DNA of 64,000 nucleotides from Alphaproteobacteria bacterium CG11_big_fil_rev_8_21_14_0_20_39_49 (GTDB lineage Bacteria; Pseudomonadota; Alphaproteobacteria; Rickettsiales; UBA6187): NCBI GenBank assembly GCA_002787635.1, contig PCXK01000001.1, positions 4,980 to 68,979 of the forward strand, read 5' to 3'. Shown piece by piece: positions 1 to 10,246 of this stretch (position 1 is its first letter; each line of letters starts with the position of its first letter). The notes under the pieces were generated by a model. It saw only the letters and a program-made list of their open reading frames with translations, ran no database searches and was not told where the DNA came from. The position numbers and the translations under genes were made by a program.

Positions 1-398
1 GGATTTATAAAACTGAAGCCCTTTGATGTTTCCTCGCATTTATCTTTCATGGTGTACATAGCGTTGACACCGCCACAATAGCTATGCCCCATAACTATTA
101 TATGCTTAACTTTCAGGTGTTTTACGGCAAATTCGATAGCCGAACTCGTACTATGATGTGTGTTGCATGATTCTTTATATGGAGGCACTATATTTGCCAC
201 ATTACTGACATTGAATATATCACCAAGGCTTGAATTAGTGAGTATTGCCGGATTTACCCTTGAATCACTGCATGAAATAAACATAACCTGCGGTTTTTGA
301 TATTTTGATGCCCACTCTCGGTATTCTTCAAACTCTTTACCGAAATATTTTTTACGGAACTCTTTATGTCCTTCTATAAGTTTCTTATATACTTCCAT
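1..398 (-). CDS. beta-class carbonic anhydrase (C-terminus cut by window edge)
   Basis: My own translation of the reverse strand from the ATG at 398-396 gives MEVYKKLIEGHKEFRKKYF...VMFISCSDSRVNP...IIVMGHSYCGGVNAM. The CSDSR and HxxCGG zinc-ligand motifs are typical of beta-CA. It is absent from the ORF track because it runs off the window. Confidence 0.8.
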   Translation of the reverse strand, partial: MEVYKKLIEGHKEFRKKYFGKEFEEYREWASKYQKPQVMFISCSDSRVNPAILTNSSLGDIFNVSNVANIVPPYKESCNTHHSTSSAIEFAVKHLKVKHIIVMGHSYCGGVNAMYTMKDKCEETSKGFSFIN

Positions 399-534
399 AT
401 TTTCTCCCAAAAAAAACTAAATACGCAAAAACAATTGTAATCATATTACAAAATAAAAAATCTGCTGCCGAATATATATTATAAATAATGAATATTTGCA
501 TTAAAAATCTGTCATATTTTGAATAAATTTAATC

Positions 535-1626
535 TCAAGCTATCTTATCTTTAATATCCTCAAAGCTAAGAGGTTTACCTTTCTTAAGATTGCTTGCCGC
601 TGTTTTTCCTATTATTTGTTCATAATATTTAGGAGCAAGTCCATATCCGGGACGAATGCGTCTTATGTTATCCTCGGAAAATCTGTCACCTTCTTTTATA
701 TCTTTAGACACATATATTGAACGTCTAAAAACCGTATTATTCTTCTCATTTTCTGAAACTCCATATTGCACCCTCCCCAAGCTTTGCCATGCTTTTTTAG
801 TTTCCACAACCAGACTTTTCAATTCATTCGGTTCTAAGGAAAATGCCGAATCAACACCTCCATCGCTACGTTTTAAAGTAAAATGCTTTTCAATAACGGT
901 AGCCCCTAAAACCGTAGCGGCAACAGGAACGCCTATTCCGTGCGTATGATCTGAAAGACCGACTTGTACACTATATTTCTTACGCATATCCGGTATGGTG
1001 TTCAAATTCGCATCTGCAGCAGTTGCAGGATAAGCACTTGTACATTTAAGTAGTATAAGGTCTTTCCCGCCTGCTTGTTTAAATGCATCAACTGCGTCTT
1101 TTACCTCTTCTTCACTTGCCATTCCTGTCGATATAATTACAGGCTTACCTGTTACTGCCACTTTCTTTATAAGCGTTACATCCGCACACTCAAACGAAGC
1201 TATCTTATAGCACGGGGCATTCAATTCCTCTAAAAAATCCACTGCCGTTTCATCAAATGGTGAGCTAAAAGCTATAATTCCACATTTAGCTGCCTTATCG
1301 AATATTGCTTTATGCCAGTCCCAAGGCGTATGTGCCGTTTCATATAGCTTATATAATGAGATTCCTTTCCATAGTGATTTTTCATCTGCTATAAAGAACT
1401 CACCGTCATTGATATCAAGGGTCATAGTATCTGCGGTATATGTCTGTATCTTAATAGCATCAGCTCCAGCTTTAGCCGCCTCTTCCACTATTTCCAAGGC
1501 TCTTTCTAGCGACCTGTTATGATTGCCCGACATTTCGGCAATTATGAAAGGAGGGTTATTCTCGCCTATTATCTTATCGGCAATCCTTATTTGTTTGTTC
1601 ATTGTTTTTATACCGTTTTTAACCAC
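535..1626 (-). CDS. pseI: pseudaminic acid synthase (NeuB family)
   Basis: 363-aa ORF. The N-terminus FIIAEMSGNHNRSLERALEIVEEAAKAGADAIKIQTY is the NeuB/PseI signature. It is the last gene of a pseB-C-F-G/H operon. The start may instead be the Met at 1602, which would remove the 19-nt overlap with the upstream gene. Confidence 0.85.
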   Translation of the reverse strand: MVKNGIKTMNKQIRIADKIIGENNPPFIIAEMSGNHNRSLERALEIVEEAAKAGADAIKIQTYTADTMTLDINDGEFFIADEKSLWKGISLYKLYETAHTPWDWHKAIFDKAAKCGIIAFSSPFDETAVDFLEELNAPCYKIASFECADVTLIKKVAVTGKPVIISTGMASEEEVKDAVDAFKQAGGKDLILLKCTSAYPATAADANLNTIPDMRKKYSVQVGLSDHTHGIGVPVAATVLGATVIEKHFTLKRSDGGVDSAFSLEPNELKSLVVETKKAWQSLGRVQYGVSENEKNNTVFRRSIYVSKDIKEGDRFSEDNIRRIRPGYGLAPKYYEQIIGKTAASNLKKGKPLSFEDIKDKIA

Positions 1627-3128
1627 AAACTTGTGTTCTCCGACTCACTTATAACACAAAATCCCGTATCTGCAAATATTTGCTTTGATGCTTTATTTTT
1701 ATGTAAAATCTCAGCTTTGATTTCTTTTATGTTATTTTTATTTTGCTTTAACCAATTGATGGACGATATTAGCAACGGCAACCCCCAACCTTTATTATGC
1801 CACCCTAAAATCAGGTATATCGATATAAGCGACTTATCCCCTGTATAATCGAACCTTACCACTCCGATCTCGGCATTGTCCGAACTTGCAACTAACAAAT
1901 CGCTATCTTCGGATTCAACTATTTGTTCAAACCAGCGACAATGGGATTCATAGCTAAACTTTTTACCATCATTTGAGTAATTTCTATTTATTTCAGAATT
2001 TCTCCAGTTATATATATTCTCACACTCACTATCTGAAGCCTTGCGAATATTTATCAAAAGGCTAAAGATATGTGCCGCTACTTTTTTAGCACCCCTTCCG
2101 TCAACCAGTTTACGTCCTTCTTCAGATGCGAACTTACGCCATTTTTTATCTTTTATTACTTCATTAAGGCAGGATTTAAAATTTTCAGGGTTATAGTTTT
2201 TTGCCGTCCCGACATATTTTACAAGACCTTCTTTAGCCATATCCTCACATATTTTTGTCTGGTTATCTGCTATTGAAATAATTATACTAGGCAGCCCCAC
2301 AGCCATCCGTTCCCAACTCGTAGAGCCTCCCGCACCTATGAAGAGGTCTGCCTCACACATCAATTTTGCCATATAATCAATCTGCTGACGGTATGTAAAA
2401 TTAGTATGATTATCGCATATCTGCCTGATAGCATGTTTATTCTTACCGTAATTACCGGTTACTACATTTACATTTATATGTTTATATTCCTCTTGTGTAA
2501 GCACCTTCAGAACATTATGGGTAACATTGTCCGCATCACTGCCTCCGAATGACACAAGGATACTTTCCACTTTATCTTTTACAGGTGCTTTTTCGGTTAC
2601 TTGAAACTCATCACGAAGTAGTGCGTATGACGTTCCTAGGAGCTTTACGCATTTATTATCCACTAAACTGTCATAGCGTGTTTTTGAATCCACATAGAAA
2701 TTCTGGTCATGCAATATATCGCAAAAATGTTTTCGGTTTGCAAGGTCGTCAATGACCATGATATGTTTTACCATACCCTCAAATTGCTTTTCCCATTTGC
2801 TATCTATACCGTAATGGTCAGCTATAAGGAAATCTACTTCTCCTAATCCATTTATTATATTTTCCGTGTACTTGGCATCTTGTAGAGAATGTTCCGACGA
2901 AAATGGTTTCCCGTGTATATACTCATGTCCTACATCGGGCAAAACCTCTACCCTGCATTTACCCGAATTATCTTCAATAAATTGTTTTATATCTTTTGAT
3001 TCATCGCTTAATATGAAAGTTACCGATGCTTTTCCGGAAAGCTCTTTTGAAAGGCTAATACAACGCATAACATGTCCTATGCCTGCTTTACCGTTTCCGT
3101 CAGTCCTGAAAACTATATTTTTTTTCAC
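1608..3128 (-). CDS. pseG: bifunctional PseG-like UDP-sugar hydrolase / GNAT N-acetyltransferase (PseH-like) fusion
   Basis: 506-aa ORF. The N-terminus MKKNIVFRTDGNGKAGIGHVMRCISLSKEL is PseG-like. The C-terminal ~150 aa (NIYNWRNSE...GWGLPLL) looks like a GNAT fold. Position between pseC and pseI supports the call. Confidence 0.7.
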   Translation of the reverse strand: MKKNIVFRTDGNGKAGIGHVMRCISLSKELSGKASVTFILSDESKDIKQFIEDNSGKCRVEVLPDVGHEYIHGKPFSSEHSLQDAKYTENIINGLGEVDFLIADHYGIDSKWEKQFEGMVKHIMVIDDLANRKHFCDILHDQNFYVDSKTRYDSLVDNKCVKLLGTSYALLRDEFQVTEKAPVKDKVESILVSFGGSDADNVTHNVLKVLTQEEYKHINVNVVTGNYGKNKHAIRQICDNHTNFTYRQQIDYMAKLMCEADLFIGAGGSTSWERMAVGLPSIIISIADNQTKICEDMAKEGLVKYVGTAKNYNPENFKSCLNEVIKDKKWRKFASEEGRKLVDGRGAKKVAAHIFSLLINIRKASDSECENIYNWRNSEINRNYSNDGKKFSYESHCRWFEQIVESEDSDLLVASSDNAEIGVVRFDYTGDKSLISIYLILGWHNKGWGLPLLISSINWLKQNKNNIKEIKAEILHKNKASKQIFADTGFCVISESENTSLWLKTV

Positions 3129-3217
3129 GTCCGGCCCTTTTACTTTTCCCCGTTTTTATAACCGAGTCTGAGAAACCTCAAAAACGGAGCCGTCATCAAG
3201 ACGGCATAACAATATCA

Positions 3218-4375
3218 TTAATACAAAAAATCCTTCAACTTATCGACTATATATTCCTGTTCGGTGTCTGTCATTTTAGGAAACACGGGAAGGGAAACGC
3301 ATGATTGATAGAATTTCTCTGCCATTGGACAATAGCCGCTCTTAAACCCGAGTTTTCGGTAATATGGCTGTTGATATATAGGTATATAATGAACATTGAC
3401 ACCTATACCCGCTTTCCGTAACTTATCGAACAGTTCCTTACGGCTTATATCCGAATCGTCACTTATCCTGACAACATATAAATGCCACGCACTTTTAGAA
3501 TCAAGTATCGGTAAAATAAGCGGAAGCGTTGAAAGTTGGTCATTATATACTGCTGCTATCCGGTATCTTCTATGGATAAAATCATCCAGCCGGTTCATTT
3601 GGCTAATACCCAGAGCCGATTGAATGTCTGTGATACGGTAATTATAGCCTAAGTGAAGCTGCTGATAATACCAATCCCCATCACTTTGCCCTTTCATAAG
3701 CGACTTATCCCTTGTTACCCCGTGAGTAATTAACATGTTTGCTTTTTTGGCTAATTTTTCATCATCGGTAAGTATCATACCGCCTTCACCTGTGGCTATA
3801 GACTTTACCGGATGAAAGCTTAATGTTGTGGCATCACTGTATTTGCCGCAACCTATATGTTCGCCGTTTTCATATCTGCCGCCCAATGCGTGTGCGGCAT
3901 CTTCTATTACCTTAAAATCATATTCGGCGGCAAGCTCGGATACCCTTTGCATATCGCAAGCCTTTCCTGAAAAATGCACCACTATTACAACATCAGGTAT
4001 TTTTCCATGTTTTTCAGCTTCTTTTAATTTTTCTTCTAATTTATTTACATCAATATTTCCTGTTTTTATGTCTATATCGACAAAATCAACATCCGCACCT
4101 ACATATAAAGCACAGTTAGCGGAAGCAACAAAACTTAAGGGAGAAGTCCAGACAAGGCAGCTTTTCTCTATGCCCATAGCCATTAAAGAAACATGCAAAG
4201 CGGCCGTACCGTTAGCCACAGCAACGGCATTTGCCGCACCGCAGAAATCTTTCACCGATTCTTCAAATTGTTTTATAGCAGGACCGGTAGTTAAAAAGTC
4301 AGAACGCAATATTTCGACTACCGACTTAATATCATCTTCGTTTATATCTTGCCTGCTATACGGAATATATTTCAT
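3218..4375 (-). CDS. pseC: DegT/PseC-type PLP aminotransferase (UDP-4-amino-4,6-dideoxy-AltNAc transaminase)
   Basis: 385-aa ORF. IPYSRQDINEDDIKSVVEILRSDFLTTGPAIKQFEE plus SFHPVKSIATGEGG (PLP-lysine region). Operon context supports it. Confidence 0.8.
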   Translation of the reverse strand: MKYIPYSRQDINEDDIKSVVEILRSDFLTTGPAIKQFEESVKDFCGAANAVAVANGTAALHVSLMAMGIEKSCLVWTSPLSFVASANCALYVGADVDFVDIDIKTGNIDVNKLEEKLKEAEKHGKIPDVVIVVHFSGKACDMQRVSELAAEYDFKVIEDAAHALGGRYENGEHIGCGKYSDATTLSFHPVKSIATGEGGMILTDDEKLAKKANMLITHGVTRDKSLMKGQSDGDWYYQQLHLGYNYRITDIQSALGISQMNRLDDFIHRRYRIAAVYNDQLSTLPLILPILDSKSAWHLYVVRISDDSDISRKELFDKLRKAGIGVNVHYIPIYQQPYYRKLGFKSGYCPMAEKFYQSCVSLPVFPKMTDTEQEYIVDKLKDFLY

Positions 4376-4415
4376 TTACCTGATTTCCTTTCTCTTGCTT
4401 TATTATTCTTTGGAT

Positions 4416-5159
4416 TCAATTACCCAACTTTTTTTGTTCTATATTCCGATTAATATTAATAAGTTCAGGATGTTTTTTAAATAATCGCAAAATATCTTCA
4501 TATTCGAAATTATTATTTTCAGCATATAGGTAACTATATATCCGTTCAATCAAATCCAGATCTTCGGGAGTATCAAGCGTCCACCTATATATGCTATTGT
4601 CCCGTTTGTCCTTATAATGCAATATGTCGAACTCATGCTCATTCTGATAAATATATGGAGTAACATGTTCTTTTTCATAATCTTTAGCAGCGTTTTTATA
4701 GGTCTTTTCCAACGTTTCAAAACCGAATATCTCGATATCCAGTCCCCTTGGGAAGGTACGCTCTATGGTATTGCTTAAATAGTCAGGTTTTTTATCCAGA
4801 TATTCCGCAATCATTTTTGTAAGTAATCCACCGGAGATAACAGGACAGTCCGATGTTACCCTTATTATATTTTTCGCATTGAATTTTCTTGCCGCTTCAT
4901 AATAACGGCTTAAGACATCGTCACTGCTTCCCCTTGAGTAATCGACACCTATCCTTTTACATTCTGCTACTATTGCATCATCAACGCCCAATTCGGTAGT
5001 CGCAACAACAACTTTATCTATAAAAGGACAAGTCGACACCCTTTTTACCACGTGACCCAATACGGTATTATCGCACAATGCAAGCAATACTTTCCCCGGT
5101 AGTCTGGTCGAAGACATTCTTGCCTGAATTATAGCGACGATATCGTTATGCAGCATCAT
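4416..5159 (-). CDS. SpsF/PseF-like cytidylyltransferase (CMP-nonulosonate synthetase family)
   Basis: AIIQARMSSTRLPGKVL is the N-terminal motif of the SpsF-type cytidylyltransferase family. I moved the start to the internal Met pair (5159/5156). The track ORF start at 5216 would overlap the upstream gene by 71 nt. Confidence 0.65.
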   Translation of the reverse strand: MMLHNDIVAIIQARMSSTRLPGKVLLALCDNTVLGHVVKRVSTCPFIDKVVVATTELGVDDAIVAECKRIGVDYSRGSSDDVLSRYYEAARKFNAKNIIRVTSDCPVISGGLLTKMIAEYLDKKPDYLSNTIERTFPRGLDIEIFGFETLEKTYKNAAKDYEKEHVTPYIYQNEHEFDILHYKDKRDNSIYRWTLDTPEDLDLIERIYSYLYAENNNFEYEDILRLFKKHPELININRNIEQKKLGN

Positions 5160-7224
5160 CCCAGATATTCCTTTTTTTCCATCCGTCTTTATCTTTCCAC
5201 CAAACCCTTGTGTCACGGAAAGTATCGGAAATATTATCGAACTCTTCTTCAGTCATTCCCGTATATTCGAGCCACCTTTTCAGGTCTTTGGGTTTAACAT
5301 GGTCATAATGCCGGATAAGTTCTATTGCTTTATCTCGGCTCATATTACCGCTACGCACATCTTTAGTGGCGTGGTCGGTACATCTGCCGTAACCGAACTT
5401 TATATATTTCAAATAATCATGCACCCCGTTCTCATGTATATCATCTAAGTTTGACATGTTCCTATATGTACGGTCAAACTGCTCATTTGAAGTTTCAAAG
5501 CCATACTCTTTTATTACCGTCTTGGTATGCTCGTTTGCTTCCCAATAGGTAAAGTTACTTAAGTAAACCCCACGCAGGTCAAGGTCATATATTTCCTGAT
5601 CTGTCGGGTACTGATAAATATACATATCGCTTTGTTTAATACCTTCCAAACCTACCATATAGTTCCAGTCATAGCCTCTGCTATAATGCTCAAGACGGCT
5701 TCTATATGTCCATTCAACAAAATCATTCATGGAGAATTGTCCGCATAAGTCCTGATAACCGTGTTCTCCCCATATCACGGTCGGAATTTTATGTAGTGCG
5801 GCAATTTTCATAGGAGTCGTACATATACCGATATGCCCGTGCCAGTTCATATCACCCATTATCTTCAAACCAAGCCTGTTTAGTTTTTTTAAAACGGTGA
5901 CACTAGGCTGATATATAACGTGGTCTACATCAAAGACCTCTTTCATACGAAGAAGGTTGCGTTGCCCTACTTCACTGTAGTTATTCCCGTAATATGTTAC
6001 CAATAACGGTTTATATCCGAGAACATTCTTTATGTAATGCGTCTGAAAGTAACTATCCTTACCGCCGCTTACTCCGATAACGCAATCAGGACGGCTGCCG
6101 TCCTTACATCGTCCTCTTTCAATAATATCTATTAGTATTTGCTTACGCTCATCCCATTCTGATGCCGTTATATCCCGCTTGTTGCCGGAAGTGCGACAGC
6201 CCATACACACTCCGTCATCATCGAAAGACATAGGAGCGGCGTTTATCGCAGGATACACACATGAGCTACACCAACCTGCCGATTTGCCGATAATATTGCT
6301 ATACTCACTTCTAATTTCTGCAGAAGCGGTATTTATCACTTGTGCTTTAGACATTCTTTTGGCAAGACGTTCGTCCCTTTGGTTTAAATCGTATTCCGGC
6401 TCTCTCGGGAACCATTTGCTATCAAGCCTGACTTTCCTCATATTGATTCCGGCTTCGATACATTTTTTTTTAGCAAACGGGTAGCTAAGTTCAAAGAAGT
6501 GGAAAATATTAGCTGCTGATACGGCACTTGCGTTACCTTCTTTTATGCCTTTTACAAAATCACTATAAGTACCTACACCGCCACACGCTATTACGGGTAT
6601 TGAAACGCTATCTGAAACCAGTTTAATAAGCTCAAGGTCATAGCCGGTTCCCGTACCGTCCCGATCAATTGAATTTAGGAATATCTCACCTGCACCATAA
6701 TTTTCGACTTCTTTAGCCCATCTTACGGGGTCTAACCCCGTGGCGTTCTTACCGCCATTTATGTAGACTTCCCTTTTGCCGTCTTCATGTTGCAGTACAT
6801 CTATATTGACCACTATGCACTGCGAACCGAAATCTTTTGCACCTTGTTTTATAAGTTCCGGGTTTTGTACCGCCCTTGTGTTAATGACGCATTTATCCGC
6901 ACCGTTTGCGAGTCTAACCTTTATATCTTCAATATTACGGATACGACCACCAAATGCTAAGGGCATAAAACATACTTCCGATATTTGCTTTAACACATCC
7001 AATGAAGTAGAACCTGCATATTTTACATGCATATCGTCACGACGCAGATCGTGATAATCATCATCACTTATATCAAGCAGGATAAGCTCATCAACATTCC
7101 AGTTCGAAAGCCTGTGTATAGTACTTACGGGATTACCTATTATCTGGTGGGTCTTGAAAAGCTGGCTTCTGACTATTAGCCCGTTCTTCAATAATATACA
7201 TGGAATTAGTCTTGGACGAATCAT
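5146..7224 (-). CDS. fusion protein: HisF-like cyclase (WbuZ-type) + N-acetyl-sugar amidotransferase (WbuX/WbpG/PseA-type PP-loop enzyme)
   Basis: Single 692-aa ORF. Residues 1-~260 (MIRPRLIPCILLKNGLIVRS...DELILLDIS...GGVG) are HisF-like. Residues ~300-692 carry CSSCVYP...GVCMGCR and the PP-loop GVSGGKDS, typical of LPS N-acetyl-sugar amidotransferases. Confidence 0.75.
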   Translation of the reverse strand: MIRPRLIPCILLKNGLIVRSQLFKTHQIIGNPVSTIHRLSNWNVDELILLDISDDDYHDLRRDDMHVKYAGSTSLDVLKQISEVCFMPLAFGGRIRNIEDIKVRLANGADKCVINTRAVQNPELIKQGAKDFGSQCIVVNIDVLQHEDGKREVYINGGKNATGLDPVRWAKEVENYGAGEIFLNSIDRDGTGTGYDLELIKLVSDSVSIPVIACGGVGTYSDFVKGIKEGNASAVSAANIFHFFELSYPFAKKKCIEAGINMRKVRLDSKWFPREPEYDLNQRDERLAKRMSKAQVINTASAEIRSEYSNIIGKSAGWCSSCVYPAINAAPMSFDDDGVCMGCRTSGNKRDITASEWDERKQILIDIIERGRCKDGSRPDCVIGVSGGKDSYFQTHYIKNVLGYKPLLVTYYGNNYSEVGQRNLLRMKEVFDVDHVIYQPSVTVLKKLNRLGLKIMGDMNWHGHIGICTTPMKIAALHKIPTVIWGEHGYQDLCGQFSMNDFVEWTYRSRLEHYSRGYDWNYMVGLEGIKQSDMYIYQYPTDQEIYDLDLRGVYLSNFTYWEANEHTKTVIKEYGFETSNEQFDRTYRNMSNLDDIHENGVHDYLKYIKFGYGRCTDHATKDVRSGNMSRDKAIELIRHYDHVKPKDLKRWLEYTGMTEEEFDNISDTFRDTRVWWKDKDGWKKRNIWDDAA

Positions 7225-7352
7225 ATTACCCTTTTTTCATTCATTGTAATCTCGGCTTTATTCAGGAATCTTCTAATTAATTAAAATAAGATCTTCCTAT
7301 AATTTTACTACAAAGAATTCCGATGATTACATTAATAATTATTATAAAAAAA

Positions 7353-7982
7353 CTAACAAACATTGTTTGTATATTTTGCAAACCTATCAAGAAGCTCCAA
7401 ACCCGCATCCTGACTTTTTTCAGGGTGGAACTGTACTCCGAATACATTATCCTGTTCGATAGCAACGGTTACTTCACCGCCGCCATATTCTATTGATGCG
7501 GCAACAGCATTTGAGTTAGCACATTGCAAATGATAGCTATGTACATGGTAAAAAGAGGAAGTGGCATAATCACCATGAAATATAACCCCTTCTTTTTTAG
7601 CCGATACATCACACCACCCTATATTCGGAACTTTGTAATCTTTGTTATCAGGATTTAATTTTACAACATTCCCCTTTATAAGACCGAGACCCTTGTGGCT
7701 ACCGTGTTCTTCCGAATTTTCAGCTAGAAGCTGCATACCCAAGCATATTCCTATTATCGGGGCTCTCTCCTCAATAACCTTGCTCTTTATTATATCGGCA
7801 AGGTTATTTTCATTTAAACCGGTCATACCTTTTTCAAAGGCAGCTACGCCGGGTAGTACCAACGCCCTCGCTTCTTTTATCTTTTGTACATCATTTGTAA
7901 GGATAGTATAAACGCCTATTCGTTTGAATGCGTTGATAATGGAATTAAAATTACCTGCTTTTGTATCGATTATTGTCAGCAT
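7353..7982 (-). CDS. HisH-like glutamine amidotransferase subunit (WbuY-type)
   Basis: 209-aa ORF. MLTIIDTKAGNFNSIINAFKRIG, GICLGMQLL (catalytic Cys) and FGVQFHPEKS (His/Glu) are class I GATase / HisH signatures. Confidence 0.8.
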   Translation of the reverse strand: MLTIIDTKAGNFNSIINAFKRIGVYTILTNDVQKIKEARALVLPGVAAFEKGMTGLNENNLADIIKSKVIEERAPIIGICLGMQLLAENSEEHGSHKGLGLIKGNVVKLNPDNKDYKVPNIGWCDVSAKKEGVIFHGDYATSSFYHVHSYHLQCANSNAVAASIEYGGGEVTVAIEQDNVFGVQFHPEKSQDAGLELLDRFAKYTNNVC

Positions 7983-7984
7983 AG

Positions 7985-9013
<1,029 letters not shown>

Positions 9014-9157
9014 TTAGGTAACCTACAGTACGGTTTTTCATTATCTTTGCGAATCAGGAAAACGATAAATACTACATTTGCTTAAAAAACACAATTATTT
9101 TGTGCTTTTTAGCCTCAAGGCAATGTAAAAAAATTTATAATCTATTACCGTAAATAT

Positions 9158-9453
9158 AATTAAGGTTATCGGTCAAATTGACGACGAGCATGATGATATA
9201 ACCTCTATAGCAAGGCAGCTACCGTATAAAAGGAGATACTTCCATAAGGGACATAAACAGAAGGCTTGACTGGAATCTGCCTGATGAGGAGGCTAACACT
9301 ATGGCAGGTCTTATAATACATGAGTCCGAGTCAATACCCGAAATAGGACGGGAATTTCAGTTCTACGGCGTTAAGTTTAAAATAGATCGTAAAAAGAATA
9401 ACCAGATAACAAGTATAGTGGCTAGTAAAATTCCTAAGAAAAAAGGTAAGTAA
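9158..9453 (+). pseudogene. decayed C-terminal remnant of a TlyC/CorC-family (CBS + CorC_HlyC) hemolysin/Mg-Co efflux gene
   Basis: My own translation gives IKVIGQIDDEHDDITSIA (frame starting at 9158). After a frame change and an in-frame TAG at 9208-9210 it continues QGSYRIKGDTSIRDINRRLDWNLPDEEANTMAGLIIHESESIPEIGREFQFYGVKFKIDRKKNNQITSIV...* (stop 9451-9453). This matches the conserved C-terminus of CorC/TlyC proteins. No N-terminal DUF21/CBS part and no start codon are present. Confidence 0.7.
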
Positions 9454-9487
9454 TCCCGACTCGCAGATAAGATAAGTTTTTATATAT

Positions 9488-9518
9488 CTTGGATACTATG
9501 GTCAAGCCATAGTATGAC
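9488..9518. repeat. 31-bp hairpin repeat, copy 1 (cttggATACTATGGtcaagCCATAGTATgac)
   Basis: Identical 31-mer at 24001-24031. It has a 9-bp perfect stem and a 5-nt loop. Confidence 0.9.
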
Positions 9519-9532
9519 AGGTATTATGCATC

Positions 9533-10219
9533 TCACTCTGGCATAAGAGTTTCAATGAATGTCTCAATTTTTTCTAATGGATGAGTACCATAAAATTTTG
9601 TCAAAGGCTTGTTCTCCAATGATATTAATTTTAAATAATTTCTATATAATATAGTATTTGTTAATTTATCTAACTGTGTATGTTGAAAAAACTTGCCTTT
9701 TTCAAGGTTATTGCTTTTCTCTAATAGAGAAGGAAACTCTGGTACTTCCCAAATTACCGCATAATAAAGACCATAAAAGCCACTTTTTTTTGGTACAGGA
9801 TACAATGCTAAATTATTATATTGCCCTTTATATACTGGAAGTGAATTAATGGATATTCCAATCCAATTCTGTTGCTTTTCAAATTCAAATGCTTCTATAA
9901 CGGCTTTTCCGTATGTTAAACTTCCCCATTCATACTCTCCATAACTAATTGCACCTCTTATAGGAAATTTATTATTTAAACCTTCTTCTAATAATTTTCT
10001 TGAAAAACTAACAAGATTATCCAGATCTTCATTCTCAGAGCCTATTCCTACTAACAAACTATCCGAGATTAATTGGAATTTTTTTATACCGTGTTCCTCT
10101 GTTAGTTTGTTAACCAATATTACCCATTTTTCAATAATAGGATTTTGGTTATTACTATTATTATCTTTTATAATGTCACTAAAGCCAAGTATATCAGCTA
10201 CTAAAAAATATCCTTGCAT
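9533..10219 (-). CDS. hypothetical protein with class III nucleotidyl-cyclase-like motifs
   Basis: 228-aa ORF, very AT-rich. YFLVADILGFSDII (cf. FxDIxGFT), FQLISDSLLVG (cf. KxIGDaxmAxF) and IRGAISYGEYEWG..TYGKAVIEAFEFEKQ (cf. RiGIHtG....G..VNxAsRlE). Both metal-binding Asp positions appear conserved. The homology is remote and judged by eye only. Confidence 0.4.
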   Translation of the reverse strand: MQGYFLVADILGFSDIIKDNNSNNQNPIIEKWVILVNKLTEEHGIKKFQLISDSLLVGIGSENEDLDNLVSFSRKLLEEGLNNKFPIRGAISYGEYEWGSLTYGKAVIEAFEFEKQQNWIGISINSLPVYKGQYNNLALYPVPKKSGFYGLYYAVIWEVPEFPSLLEKSNNLEKGKFFQHTQLDKLTNTILYRNYLKLISLENKPLTKFYGTHPLEKIETFIETLMPE

Positions 10220-10246
10220 AGTCCAAATACCCCTTCCCGCATTATT

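Noticed and set aside
3828-4484. 218-aa ORF on the + strand
   Set aside because: It lies entirely antisense to pseC and the start of the cytidylyltransferase gene. It has a low-complexity S/F/I-rich composition and no motifs. It is a shadow ORF of a well-supported gene.
5146-5216. 71-nt overlap between the amidotransferase fusion gene and the cytidylyltransferase ORF as a possible programmed frameshift or fusion
   Set aside because: The extra N-terminal 19 codons of the downstream ORF (MTQGFGGKIKTDGKKGISG) have no homology-like features. A Met-Met pair at 5159/5156 immediately precedes the conserved IIQARMSSTRLPGK motif, so an ordinary short overlap is the simpler explanation.
9533-10219. 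Idea that the cyclase-like gene is part of a Pycsar/CBASS-type anti-phage operon
   Set aside because: Those systems need an adjacent effector (TM, TIR, nuclease or similar). Downstream there is only the tlyC remnant and a repeat, and upstream is a phosphomannomutase. No effector gene is present, so at most it is an orphan cyclase.
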